DNA of 64,000 nt from Candidatus Bathyarchaeota archaeon. GTDB lineage: Archaea; Thermoproteota; Bathyarchaeia; Bathyarchaeales; Bathycorpusculaceae. This document shows positions 47,415 to 57,733 of this stretch, piece by piece; positions within the stretch are counted from its first letter, which is position 1, and each line of letters begins with the position of its first letter. The notes beneath the pieces are model-generated. The model saw nothing but the letters and a program-made list of their open reading frames with translations. It ran no database searches and was not told where the DNA came from. The position numbers were made by a program, and so were the translations under genes. The stretch covers positions 96,001 through 160,000 of the forward strand of contig CAVYXJ010000007.1 of the NCBI GenBank assembly GCA_963772455.1, read 5' to 3'.

Positions 47415-48929
47415 ATGAAAAAAAGCTGGACATTCGTATTCTTTCTGGTTTTTTTATTAACAGGTGCAATATATCTTGAACTTGCCTTTCAACCAGCAAA
47501 AGCTCAACAGTCGACGGGGTCATTTTCGGATGACTTTAGTACAGATTCAGGTTCATGGCAGTATTTAGGAAGTGCATACAGAGACAACGCAAACAAGTAC
47601 ATGGTTTTAACTAAAGCTGAATATTTTACAGGCGGCGTTGCCTTTTTCAAAACTCCCATCCAAGGCCATTTCACCGCTAATTTCCGTTACAAAGTTGAAG
47701 GCGGTAGCCACCAAGGAGATGGCTTCACCATGTTCTTTTACAAACAAAAATATTCATCAATAGATACGGGAGGAAGTCTAGGTTTTATCTCCAAAGAAAA
47801 CTCCGTGAGCCATATTGTTCCTGGATATGGAATAGAATTCGATGCATGGCAAAACTGGGTAAGTGACTTCCAGCAAATCCAAGGAGGCCAACAAAATCCC
47901 CAAGGAGATCCATCCCCCAACCACATTGGATTAATTGAAGGCTTTTCAGGTAATCACATAGCCTACGTCGACGATTTAAGAGTTGCAGACAGTAATTGGC
48001 ATAAAGTTTCCATAAATGTTCAAGGATCTTCAGTTAGTGTTTATGTTGACCAAGGAGTGGTGCTCCAATGGAGCGGGGCTCTAAACAGAACTTTTGATGG
48101 GTTTGGATTCAGTGCAGGCACAGGAGGACCAGGAAGCAACATGCACTTAATAGACGATTTCTCAATTTCCGCAAATGCTATACGCACACCGGCACTTACC
48201 ACCTCATGCATAAGTCCCCAATCTCAATTTGGCTTTAACGTTTTCAAAATCAACGGTCAATTAACCTTCGATGGAGCAGGCATATCTGGTGCACCAATTT
48301 ATCTTTCTTATAGCGTGACTGGTGGAGATTTTTGGCAAGACCTCACTCTCTTAAATACTCATTCTGATGGTAGCTACTCAGCTCTATGGCTGCCAACAGT
48401 CACAGGCAATTACCTACTAAAAGCTGTATACAAAGGCAACGACAATTATTTAGGCACCAGCAACACCGTCAACTTTGCTATAGAACCTTTTGTGGAGCAG
48501 AGCGTTTTCGCCGTAACCTCAAACTCAACCATCACAGAATTATCCTTTAATTCAGCAAGCAAAGAATTGAGCTTTAGCGTTTCTGGAGACGCTGGAACAA
48601 CGGGGTATGTTAATGTTTACATTCCCAAATCTCTGCTAAATGATATTGCCAGTCTTAAAGTTTACCTGGACGGCAACCAAGTGGACTATACTACTCAAAC
48701 TCAAAGTGACTGTTGGCTTCTTTCCTTTACATACCATCACAGCAAACACTTAGTCACATTCAGTCTTGGTGAATCATTCGTAAACTCTTCTCCTGTCTCA
48801 ATAATATCGCCAAATCAAAAACAAACATTATCGCTAGATTGGGTGAATATTGCCATCTTGGCATTTTTAGGAACGATTGTAATTATCGTTGCAATCACTG
48901 CTGTGAGAGTACTCCAAAAAAAGACATAA
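47415..48929 (+). CDS. Secreted, C-terminally anchored surface protein with legume(L-type)-lectin-like and Ig-like domains
   Basis: Signal peptide; GDGFT.FF, GIEFD, NHIG, WH.V.I lectin pattern; Ig-like DGSYS..W; C-terminal TM plus KK. Confidence 0.8.
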   Translation: MKKSWTFVFFLVFLLTGAIYLELAFQPAKAQQSTGSFSDDFSTDSGSWQYLGSAYRDNANKYMVLTKAEYFTGGVAFFKTPIQGHFTANFRYKVEGGSHQGDGFTMFFYKQKYSSIDTGGSLGFISKENSVSHIVPGYGIEFDAWQNWVSDFQQIQGGQQNPQGDPSPNHIGLIEGFSGNHIAYVDDLRVADSNWHKVSINVQGSSVSVYVDQGVVLQWSGALNRTFDGFGFSAGTGGPGSNMHLIDDFSISANAIRTPALTTSCISPQSQFGFNVFKINGQLTFDGAGISGAPIYLSYSVTGGDFWQDLTLLNTHSDGSYSALWLPTVTGNYLLKAVYKGNDNYLGTSNTVNFAIEPFVEQSVFAVTSNSTITELSFNSASKELSFSVSGDAGTTGYVNVYIPKSLLNDIASLKVYLDGNQVDYTTQTQSDCWLLSFTYHHSKHLVTFSLGESFVNSSPVSIISPNQKQTLSLDWVNIAILAFLGTIVIIVAITAVRVLQKKT

Positions 48930-48971
48930 TTTTAAATAACCACCACCATAACTGCATCTGATGGGCATGTA

Positions 48972-49011
48972 CCATAATTATCGCAGTATTTACCAACATA
49001 ATTCTTAATTA
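48972..49011 (+). repeat. 40-bp direct repeat, copy 1
   Basis: CCATAATTATCGCAGTATTTACCAACATAATTCTTAATTA; 39/40 identical to 50212-50251. Confidence 0.9.
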
Positions 49012-49127
49012 GCATCGAAAATGCTGGGATAATTATTAGGGACAAGAAGTTGGGTTTGCCGTAGCTTTTGTAAGTGTAAATTTGCGTTCTTCAGGGGTTA
49101 GCGGAAATTTGAAAAGTAGTGTTTTTT

Positions 49128-49914
49128 TTATTTTCCTCTTTTTGCCACCAAGATCATTACTATAGCTATCGTGGCTACTGCCAAGATTATTGCACCTATT
49201 TGAGTGGTGAGCACAACGTTTGGGTTGGTTTGGTTTACACCGATACCGACTAAAGCCCAAATAACCACTAAAGCAAAGGCTACATCTTTACGAATTCCTA
49301 GCATAAGCATAGTTATAACCAAAGCAACTAGCGACAACGATTATTGCCCAAGTTTCAGAACTAATCCCAAAGCCATTCCAGTTGTAAGCTGTCAAAGTGA
49401 TAGCAACATCAGCTATTGAAGCAATCGTTATCCACCCCAAGTAGACACTAAACGGAAGATGAACTGCAAGTCTCTCACTGGTTTTCACCTTTGAACGGCC
49501 GATGTTTAGACGTAAATAAATACCAATTAAGCTAAGCAATAGCGCAAAAATTAGGACAACTGACAGAATTAAGCTTTCAAATTGCCAAACAAAAATCCAA
49601 GCGATATTTATTAGACTGCTGAAGACAAATAGCCAACCTATTTTTCCATGATAATCACTACCACGTTCTCTAGGCAATGCCTGATAAACCACAAAGGCGC
49701 CTAGCAGGATGTAGATGATACCCCAGATGGAGAAAACGTAACCAGCAGGAGTAATAAGCGTAGGATTATTATTCGAGACTGTAGCGGTGTCTCTTCCACC
49801 AATTAGAGTAGTGCTTCCAGCAATACTGTTTACTATTATGGTTAAAATGAAAAGTAAAATATTTGCATATCTTAGAGTAGCGGAAGTATTTTTTTGCATC
49901 AGATCAACTATCAT
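49128..49914 (-). pseudogene. TspO/MBR-like tryptophan-rich membrane protein, frameshifted near 49330
   Basis: TPAGY.FSIWG.IY, LINIAW, PFSVYLGWI..A; C-terminal D..FALV.IWAL.GI continues in another frame. Confidence 0.8.
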
Positions 49915-49989
49915 TTATTTGATTAGTAAGAATATATAAAATAATCGACAGCTTTCCAGAAACAAAAAGAGATGCTACGTACTCTTTGA

Positions 49990-50181
49990 TTAGTTGAAGA
50001 TACAAACGTTGGTATACCTGAAAGCATCAAGCCTCACTCCAATGTCTGCAACCAAATCGAAAGGTCAAGGGTAGGATTACTTGTTTTTAAACGATTAGTT
50101 GAGGCTCTGAAGGGTACAATAACATTTGAGAGACAAGTTGGCAAAGGAACAAAATACAGAATGGAGTTGCCGACGTCTTAA
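49990..50181 (+). pseudogene. Degraded HATPase_c remnant of a histidine kinase
   Basis: Piecewise translation LVEDTNVGIPESIKP/TPMSATKSKGQG/GLLVFKRLVEALKGTITFERQVGKGTKYRMELP* with two frameshifts. Confidence 0.75.
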
Positions 50182-50211
50182 GCGCAAGTTAACTGTAGCT
50201 TGCACCTTGAC

Positions 50212-50251
50212 CCATAATTATCGCAGGATTTACCAACATAATTCTTAATTA
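50212..50251 (+). repeat. 40-bp direct repeat, copy 2 (overlaps the probable ilvC promoter)
   Basis: CCATAATTATCGCAGGATTTACCAACATAATTCTTAATTA, ending 38 bp before the ilvC ATG. Confidence 0.9.
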
Positions 50252-50289
50252 TCCCATCTGATAAATGGAGTGACTGAGGTATCATAAAA

Positions 50290-51354
50290 ATGGTAAAAAT
50301 GGATTTCGGAGGCGTCAAAGAGGACGTCATTACTCGAGAAGAATTTACTTTGGCAAAAGCCCAAAAAATCCTAAAAAATGAAGTTGTAGTCTCACTAGGC
50401 TATGGCATTCAAGGTCAAGCGCAATCACTCAACATGCGCGACCAAGGAATAAAAGTAATCATCGGTCAAGAAAAAGAAGGCGTCTTTAAAAAAGAATGGG
50501 ATAAAGCAATTGCCGACGGCTGGGTTCCAGGGAAAAATCTGTTTCCAATGGAAGAAGCAGCTAAAAAAGGAACTATTAAATTGTTTTTACTAACCGATGC
50601 CGCTCAAAAGGCAGTATGGCCAAAAATCAAAACAACCCTCAAAGCAGGCGACGCATTATACTTTAGCCACGGCTTCAGCATTGTTTACAAGGAACAAACA
50701 GGTGTTATCCCACCAAAAGATGTAGACGTAATTCTTGTTGCGCCAAAAGGCTCTGGAACATCCGTGCGCAGAAACTTTGTTGACGGAAGCGGCATAAACT
50801 GTAGCTTCGCAGTGTTTCAAGACGCAACGGGAAAAGCCGAAGAACGCGCAAAAGCTCTGGGCATCGCAATCGGAGGAGGATACCTCTTTCCAACCACATT
50901 TGAAAAAGAAACTTATAGCGACCTAACAGGCGAACGCGGCACATTAATGGGCGCACTAGCAGGCATCCTGGAGGCCCAATACAAAACCCTACGTGAACAC
51001 GGACACAGCCCAAGTGAAGCATTCAACGAAAGCGTCGAGGAACTCACACAGAGCTTAATCCGTTTAGTCGACGAAAACGGCATGGACTGGATGTACTGTA
51101 ACTGCAGCGAAACTGCACGTATCGGGGCATTACGCTGGAGAAGTCGTTTCCGTGAAGCAACTCAACCTGTGTTTGATTCACTCTACGAACTCGTTGCAGC
51201 AGGAGAAGAAACACGCATCGTCCTCGAAAAAAGCAAGGCACCCGACTACCGCCAGAAACTCGCTGACGAACTCAAAGAAATGGGCAACAGTGAAATGTGG
51301 CGTGCAGGCGCAACAGTGCGTTCACTCCGCCCAGGCAAACAAAAGAAAGAGTAA
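50290..51354 (+). CDS. ilvC: Ketol-acid reductoisomerase
   Basis: GYGIQG.AQ.LN.RD, FSHGF, VAPKG.G, SDL.GER, AFNE, CSETA. Confidence 0.97.
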   Translation: MVKMDFGGVKEDVITREEFTLAKAQKILKNEVVVSLGYGIQGQAQSLNMRDQGIKVIIGQEKEGVFKKEWDKAIADGWVPGKNLFPMEEAAKKGTIKLFLLTDAAQKAVWPKIKTTLKAGDALYFSHGFSIVYKEQTGVIPPKDVDVILVAPKGSGTSVRRNFVDGSGINCSFAVFQDATGKAEERAKALGIAIGGGYLFPTTFEKETYSDLTGERGTLMGALAGILEAQYKTLREHGHSPSEAFNESVEELTQSLIRLVDENGMDWMYCNCSETARIGALRWRSRFREATQPVFDSLYELVAAGEETRIVLEKSKAPDYRQKLADELKEMGNSEMWRAGATVRSLRPGKQKKE

Positions 51355-51395
51355 ACCTCTTTTTCTTCTTTTAATGTTCTACTTCTTTTATTAGA

Positions 51396-52136
51396 TTAAA
51401 AATAATTCGGGCCTTTATTGTTCTGTCCCATGAAGTCAGTTAAAGCACGACTTTCAGAGATCAAATCAACGACACCTAACATGTAAGAGGGATGTTTTTC
51501 TAACTCTACTTCTTTGGTGTAGGGGGTTGAAGTGAATCTTAGCACTGTATTTGCTTTTACCGTGGTTATTTCCTGAAGGGCAATATTTCTTCGGCTATTT
51601 TCGTGAGAGAGGTAAGTTGCGATTATTATGATGTGATGTCTTTTTGCAAAGTTTGAAAGGTAACTCATGATTTGGCTGTAGACGGTTTTTGCTTCTTGAT
51701 CATTTACATTGTCATACAAGAATGGGCATGCTATGTCGGATATTACTACGAGTTTTGCATTTTGATTTTCTACTGCGTCGTGTAGTTTTTCCATTATAAG
51801 GGAAGTTAGCCTGTAGGCTGTGAACACTCGCATGTTGAGGACGCGTTCAAGTGGATCTTTGGCGTCCAATTGCTGAAGCTGGATGTCTGATAATGAAGAG
51901 CTGTTTGCGCAGTCGATGAAAACAACGTTACCATCCAATCCACCAAGTTTAGCCGGCAATTGAGCTCGAACGCTAAGCAATGAAGCTAATGAATTAACTG
52001 ATTGAGGACCATAAATGACAGCGAAGTCTCCTGCTTTAAATCCTGGAAAAAGTCCATCAATGTCTTGAATATTGAAAGTAAGCCGTGTCAAGATGGCTTG
52101 TGCCATTGATGGTTTAATTAATAGGCTCTGTTGCAT
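51396..52136 (-). CDS. RecA/RadA-fold protein with degenerate Walker A (inactivated RadA-like)
   Basis: TFNIQDID.LFPG, AQLP...GGL, VVFID, R.FTAY, LVVISD; GPQSVNS in place of GxxxxGKT. Confidence 0.8.
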   Translation of the reverse strand: MQQSLLIKPSMAQAILTRLTFNIQDIDGLFPGFKAGDFAVIYGPQSVNSLASLLSVRAQLPAKLGGLDGNVVFIDCANSSSLSDIQLQQLDAKDPLERVLNMRVFTAYRLTSLIMEKLHDAVENQNAKLVVISDIACPFLYDNVNDQEAKTVYSQIMSYLSNFAKRHHIIIIATYLSHENSRRNIALQEITTVKANTVLRFTSTPYTKEVELEKHPSYMLGVVDLISESRALTDFMGQNNKGPNYF

Positions 52137-52374
52137 GACTTTTTCACGAAAATCCTTTACGCCTGATTAGCCTATTTAAACTATCAGCTAAGCAACCTTC
52201 TACGGTGGTAGAGGGTAGAGTGAAAGTGAAATCTTAAAGACAGACAATTACACCTCAAAGCCATCAATGATTGCGAATTTTTACCTTTACAATTTCCCTT
52301 AGTTTTTGTTAAATTTGTAAGCTAATTTTTTTATACCCAAATAACGGTTGCCAATGAAAACCTGAGGCACCTTA

Positions 52375-53721
52375 TTGAACTTCATTGCGATAGCTGCATT
52401 GATAGTCTTTGTCGCAACGCTTTTCTTAATGCTTAAGCGTCCACGGGGTTTGCGACTGGGGTATGCGGCTGGAATGGGCGCTTTAGCGTCGCTTTTATTG
52501 GGGACTGTGAGTTTGGGACAGGCATTCCATTCATTTTTAGATATTTGGGATGCTGCTTTGGCTTTTTTGGGCATCATAGCGCTATCAGTAACATTAGATG
52601 CAATGGGTTTTTTTAGATGGGCTGCACTGAGAGTGGTAAAAATGGCTCGCGGGAGTGGGCTACGACTCTACTTCTACATTGCCTTATTAACCGCTGCAGT
52701 AAGCATCCTTTTTGCTAATGACAGCGCGGTTTTAATTCTAACACCAATAGTACTCGAAATTGTAACTTGTCTTGGAATAAACAAAAAGGGCAAACTCGCA
52801 TATCTTTTCACAGCCGGATTAATCGCCGATACTGCTGCCATGCCGCTGATTACAAGCAACCCAATCAACATCCTAAGCGCCGATTACTTCAAGTACAGCT
52901 TCATCGACCACCTGATTTTCATGGGACCAGTTGCTGTTGCGACCCTTCTAAGCAGTCTACTGTTGATTTACCTGTTCTTCAGAAAACAAATCCCTAAAAC
53001 CTACGACATACAAGCCGCAGATTCATTAACCAAAGAAAAACCTGCGATTTCACCCAGCCTTCTGAAAATAACGTTGTTTGCTCTTGTAGCGATTGACACT
53101 GGCTATGTATTGACTTCTCTTGGTAGATTCCCAGTTTCATTGGTTATTTGCGGCGGCGCAGTTTTTCTGGTGATTGTTTACTGGTTTACTCTCAACGGAA
53201 ATGGCTCAGTTAATGGCGAGAAGAAAGGGCTCATCGGCTTGGCAAGGGACATCAATTGGGATATTGTGCTGTTTATGTTAAGCATTTTTATTGTTGTTCA
53301 AGGCTTGGAAACGGCGGGAGTAACGAACCTTCTGGCATCAGCACTTGTAACAACAAGCAAGCTTCCATCCGCTCTGGGAGTTTTCGCGCCAAGCATGGTT
53401 GTAACAGTGGGGGCAAGCTTCATGAACAATTGGCCTATGACGATTCTGGGTTTGCTAAGCATTCAACAAGCAGCTGTGACTGGTCCAGCCTTAACCAACT
53501 TGGTTTTCAGCAACATCATCGGAAACAATTTGGGTCCGCACTTCTTCCCATTGGGGTCATTGGCTATTTTAATGTGGCTGGAAATTATGCGGCGCAAAGG
53601 TGTCAACATAAGCTTAAAAGAATATCTTAAAGTTGGGGCTACTCTGTCGATTGCGCAGGTAGCAATTGCATCAGTGGTTTTGTGGGTTGAGCTTAGTGTG
53701 CTTGGATTCAAGCTTTTTTAA
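52375..53721 (+). CDS. ArsB/NhaD (ion transporter superfamily) permease
   Basis: LD..GFF, ANDSAVLILTP, SNPINI, MNN.P, GSLA. Confidence 0.9.
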   Translation: MNFIAIAALIVFVATLFLMLKRPRGLRLGYAAGMGALASLLLGTVSLGQAFHSFLDIWDAALAFLGIIALSVTLDAMGFFRWAALRVVKMARGSGLRLYFYIALLTAAVSILFANDSAVLILTPIVLEIVTCLGINKKGKLAYLFTAGLIADTAAMPLITSNPINILSADYFKYSFIDHLIFMGPVAVATLLSSLLLIYLFFRKQIPKTYDIQAADSLTKEKPAISPSLLKITLFALVAIDTGYVLTSLGRFPVSLVICGGAVFLVIVYWFTLNGNGSVNGEKKGLIGLARDINWDIVLFMLSIFIVVQGLETAGVTNLLASALVTTSKLPSALGVFAPSMVVTVGASFMNNWPMTILGLLSIQQAAVTGPALTNLVFSNIIGNNLGPHFFPLGSLAILMWLEIMRRKGVNISLKEYLKVGATLSIAQVAIASVVLWVELSVLGFKLF

Positions 53722-53768
53722 GGGTAAACGAATAACAAGTTAGCAAATAAACCTCGAAAGTGACCTGT

Positions 53769-54980
53769 ATGATAGTCAGTAAAGGAAATTTAACTCAAAA
53801 TTCATTGAAAGGAGAAGTTGCCCTTGTAACTGGTGCTGGACGAGGAATAGGCTTCGAAGCGGCAAGAGCTCTCGTTTGGCTTGGCGCAAACGTGGTAATC
53901 GCAGAAATCGATGAGAAAAACGGCAAAATCGCCGAAGATACCATCAACAAAGAATTCGGCGCTGAAAAAGCTTTTTTCGTCAAAACAGATATTGGCAACG
54001 AAAAAGACATCGACAAACTGTTTGATACCGTCCAGAAAAAATTTGGCAAAGTTGACGCAGTTCTAAATAACGCTACAGTGTTTCCGATGGGCACCGTTAA
54101 AGATACTCCTATTGAATCATGGGATTTTAGCTACCGCGTGAACCTGAGGGGACCTGTTGTTTTGGCAAGAAAATTTCTTCCAGCAATGATTGAACGCAAA
54201 CACGGCGTATTCGTCTGTGTTTCATCATCGGGTGCTGCACCTTTCATGGGAGCCTACGAGGTTTTCAAGACAGCACAAGTTGAACTATCAAACACCATCT
54301 CTGCCGAAGTTGAAGGCACAGGAGTTTATGCTTTCACTATTGGTCCAGGAATCTCCAAAACACCGGGGTTCATTGAAGGTGGGGGAAAAGTAGCGTCGCT
54401 CATGGGAATGAGTTTGACAGATTTATTTGAATTAAACAAAAACGCCCAAATATCACCTGAAGCAGCGGGTGCAGGTTTTGCCATAGCGGTCGCCCTTGCT
54501 AAAAAATATCATGGACAAGAGACAAGCTCAATTCAGGTGCTTCGGGAAGCTGGAATACCCTTAACAGATCAAGAAGAAAACCAATTGGAAGAACAAAAAC
54601 CAAATCAAAAGAGTGAAACTCAAGCAACCGAACCAAGCGAAAACAAAAGCACACTAGAACTCCACCAAGCTGTACTGAAAACTTTTCTTGAGCAATCGGA
54701 AGGCTGGAAAAAACGCAACCTCTTTGAACGCCAATGGGTAAGCAGAGATTTCAAGAAAACCACAGGCATGTCAATCGATGAAATGCAAACAAACCTCAAG
54801 ACTTTAGGGACAACAGCAGAGTTCATCGGATCGTTAAATCAGTTAGCCACTTACTATGTGCATCAGCAGGAACAACTCAGAGGCTTTGAGAAGAACCCGC
54901 AGAAGCTCGAAGAGAACTTGAAAATCATTGACGGATGGGTAAAAGACACTAAAACCTTGATAGTAGCGCTAAAAAGGTAG
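53769..54980 (+). CDS. SDR oxidoreductase with a long C-terminal helical extension
   Basis: TGAGRGIG, NNA, SS, YEVFK (YxxxK), GPG. Confidence 0.88.
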   Translation: MIVSKGNLTQNSLKGEVALVTGAGRGIGFEAARALVWLGANVVIAEIDEKNGKIAEDTINKEFGAEKAFFVKTDIGNEKDIDKLFDTVQKKFGKVDAVLNNATVFPMGTVKDTPIESWDFSYRVNLRGPVVLARKFLPAMIERKHGVFVCVSSSGAAPFMGAYEVFKTAQVELSNTISAEVEGTGVYAFTIGPGISKTPGFIEGGGKVASLMGMSLTDLFELNKNAQISPEAAGAGFAIAVALAKKYHGQETSSIQVLREAGIPLTDQEENQLEEQKPNQKSETQATEPSENKSTLELHQAVLKTFLEQSEGWKKRNLFERQWVSRDFKKTTGMSIDEMQTNLKTLGTTAEFIGSLNQLATYYVHQQEQLRGFEKNPQKLEENLKIIDGWVKDTKTLIVALKR

Positions 54981-54987
54981 GGGTTAC

Positions 54988-56022
54988 TTACCTAATTTTT
55001 TTTATGATTTCACGGTAAACTGCCAAAGCGGTTTTTTCATCCGCAACCCCTTTTATGAGCATGCGTCCACCGTTGAAGAGGCTGACCTCGTGTGTTTTGT
55101 AATCAAACATTAAGGCTAACTTTGATTTCAAGCGAACGTTGAAATTCTTGCTGACCTGCAGGTAAACTTCGTCAAGGTTTAGTTTTAATGGTTTTTCAGG
55201 GTTGATGTTCGCAGTTTCTTTACCGCAGAGCCAAACCAATCGTTCGCCACCCACAATTGACGATACATTGCCGTGGCAAACAGGGCAATGAGTGTTTTTT
55301 GAAATATCTATGGTTGTGAAGTCCATGTCGCTGAAGTCACAAACCATCAGCTTATTCTTCAACGTTGAACCCACGCCTGTTAAGAGTTTTAATGTTTCCA
55401 AAGCTTGGAGGGCTCCGATTATTCCTGTAGTTGCTCCGAGGACACCACGGCTATTGCATGTTAATAAATCTGAATCAGAAAGGTTTGGCATCAAACACTC
55501 CAAGCAACCAGTTTCAGGCGGCGCAAAGACAGATAGATTGCCTTCAATTCCTATAGCTGCACCAAAAACGTATGGAGTGCCCAGTTTTACACAGGCGCGA
55601 TTAACGAGATAACGCGTAACCATATTATCCAATCCGTCAACCACAACGTCCACTCCTTTGAGGAGTCGTTCAACGTTGCTTGCGTTTACGTTTTCAGATA
55701 TAGCTTCAACTTTTACGAGTGGATTTTGTTTTTCCAGTTTTTTTGCGGCAACCTCGGTTTTTGGATAATGCAGGTCATCTGGGTTATAGAGGATTTGGCG
55801 GTGAAGGTTGTGGGTTTCGATTGTGTCTTGGTCAATTAAACGAATGTAACCGACACCTGCCAACGCGAGGTAGAGCGATGACACCGTACCTAGTCCACCT
55901 GCGCCGACAATTGCAACCTTAGACTTACCAAGCTTTTTCTGTCCTTCCTCTCCCAGTTCCTTCAGAATGATCTGTCGACTGTAAAACTCCTTAGCAAACA
56001 CCTGTTTTTCTACATTATTCAC
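54988..56022 (-). CDS. MoeB/ThiF/HesA E1-like adenylyltransferase
   Basis: YSRQ, GAGGLG, NLHRQ, DGLDN...R, CLEC/CPVC, catalytic TC; GTG start at 56022. Confidence 0.93.
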   Translation of the reverse strand: MNNVEKQVFAKEFYSRQIILKELGEEGQKKLGKSKVAIVGAGGLGTVSSLYLALAGVGYIRLIDQDTIETHNLHRQILYNPDDLHYPKTEVAAKKLEKQNPLVKVEAISENVNASNVERLLKGVDVVVDGLDNMVTRYLVNRACVKLGTPYVFGAAIGIEGNLSVFAPPETGCLECLMPNLSDSDLLTCNSRGVLGATTGIIGALQALETLKLLTGVGSTLKNKLMVCDFSDMDFTTIDISKNTHCPVCHGNVSSIVGGERLVWLCGKETANINPEKPLKLNLDEVYLQVSKNFNVRLKSKLALMFDYKTHEVSLFNGGRMLIKGVADEKTALAVYREIIKKIR

Positions 56023-56038
56023 ATTAACCGCTTCCTGC

Positions 56039-57733
56039 TTAGTCACTGCTATATTTGCCTTTATTGCGGAACTGCCTATCATATATTTCCCTAACTCGCT
56101 GAATTGTATCGACTTCCAGAGGCGTTTTATCGTCTCTAATGCGGGTGATTCTTGCAAATCGCAGCGCCATTTGGCTTTTGTAACGAGGACTCTGCTGGAT
56201 TTCATTGTAAGCTACTTCAACAACGATTTTTGGGATAACTATCACGAGGTGTCCATCCTCGCTTATGGTTGACTCTTTGAGCCGCTTAGTTAAATCGATA
56301 ATTTCCGCATCTGTTAAGCCCTTAAACGTCTTGCCTAATTCCAAAAACTCGCCAGACTCAGGGTCTCTTACCGCAAGATAATAGTCCGAGAGCCACCCCT
56401 TCCTGCGTCCGTAACCGTACTCGGCAGCTGTGATGACAAGGTCTAAGGGGTCAAGGTTTGTTTTTATTTTGAGCCAACGTTTTCCCCTCCGACCTGGAGT
56501 ATAATGGCTATCAAGTTTTTTAGCCATTAAACCTTCGTGTCCAGCCGCGAGTGATTCTTTTAGGAAGATTTCGGCTTGCGGAAGCTGGTCGGTGACGATT
56601 TGGTTAGCTAAGGGAATTTCTCCAACGTTTTTTGCCAAGATTTTCCTCCGCTCAGTATAGGGTTTAGCTATAAGGCTTTCGCCGTTGAGGTAGAGAATGT
56701 CAAAGAGGTAGAGGGTTAGGGGAATTTTTTTAGCCATATCTGCGATTCCGCGGACTCGTTTGAATCGCCGCATCAAATGTTGAAATGCAATTGGAAAACC
56801 AACTCTATCCAGCGAGATTACTTCGCCTTCCACAATGGCAGATTGCGCCTGAATATTTTGTTCTACGATTTTAACTATTTCAGGCAGGCTTTCTGTGACA
56901 TCGCTTAATCTTCTACTAAAAACTTGCACTTTGCCATTTTGCATGTGGATTTGCACTCTTGCGCCATCGTATTTGTATTCAAAAGCAGACTTTCCACAAT
57001 GAGCAGCCAACGTTTCTTGAACCGATTGAGCAGTTTGGGCAAGCATAAGCTTCACTGGTCTAAAAACATTAAAGCCTAACTTCTCTAAGCCCTCCACGCC
57101 CATGATTTTGATTTTCGCCGCAACTTCGCCAATATCACCCAAAACCATGCTAGCGTGTTGCACCTTTTGAAGTGGAACATCAAAAGCACACGCAACCACC
57201 TGCTCCATTAAGCCCTCATGAAGTCCAGTGCGCATCTCGCCTGTAAAGATTTTGACCAAATACTTAGCTTCAACTGGGGAGGCTTGGCTCATTAGGGCGG
57301 TAAGTAAGCGCTCTTTTTTTGTCCTTGAACCTGAACCTTGCGCTTGCGCCATGGCTTCAAGCGTTGTTCGAACTTCAATAATAGTTAATGATTTTTGGGT
57401 TAGCTGGGTTTGCTTTTTGGCTATGGTTTGTTCAAGGACTAACTTGGTGGCTGAACCGATGTCGCCTGTGCTTGCCATAGCCGATCGAAAGAGATCCCAA
57501 TCAAAGGCGCTTATTCGCTCGAAGATATGGGTTAAGGTGGACCAACTGATGTCGAGTGTTTTCTGGTTGTACTTTGGGAACGCTCTCCCTACCATCATGT
57601 TCGTACCCGACTCAATTTCTTCTGCGTTCAGCGTTTTTAAGAAATTTGCAGCTTGCTCTATGATTTCAAGCCGTTTTTTGGTGGCTTCAACTTTTTCAAG
57701 TATTTCAGCGAGAGATTTGAATAGTGCAGACAT
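56039..57733 (-). CDS. lig: ATP-dependent DNA ligase
   Basis: EYKYDG, EGE, FDILY, EGLMAK, W.KIK, ALRFARI. Confidence 0.97.
   Translation of the reverse strand: MSALFKSLAEILEKVEATKKRLEIIEQAANFLKTLNAEEIESGTNMMVGRAFPKYNQKTLDISWSTLTHIFERISAFDWDLFRSAMASTGDIGSATKLVLEQTIAKKQTQLTQKSLTIIEVRTTLEAMAQAQGSGSRTKKERLLTALMSQASPVEAKYLVKIFTGEMRTGLHEGLMEQVVACAFDVPLQKVQHASMVLGDIGEVAAKIKIMGVEGLEKLGFNVFRPVKLMLAQTAQSVQETLAAHCGKSAFEYKYDGARVQIHMQNGKVQVFSRRLSDVTESLPEIVKIVEQNIQAQSAIVEGEVISLDRVGFPIAFQHLMRRFKRVRGIADMAKKIPLTLYLFDILYLNGESLIAKPYTERRKILAKNVGEIPLANQIVTDQLPQAEIFLKESLAAGHEGLMAKKLDSHYTPGRRGKRWLKIKTNLDPLDLVITAAEYGYGRRKGWLSDYYLAVRDPESGEFLELGKTFKGLTDAEIIDLTKRLKESTISEDGHLVIVIPKIVVEVAYNEIQQSPRYKSQMALRFARITRIRDDKTPLEVDTIQRVREIYDRQFRNKGKYSSD

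Noticed and set aside
56023-56205. N-terminal extension of the MoeB ORF
   Set aside because: Overlaps the ligase 3' end; homology begins near YSRQ, so GTG at 56022 is preferred.
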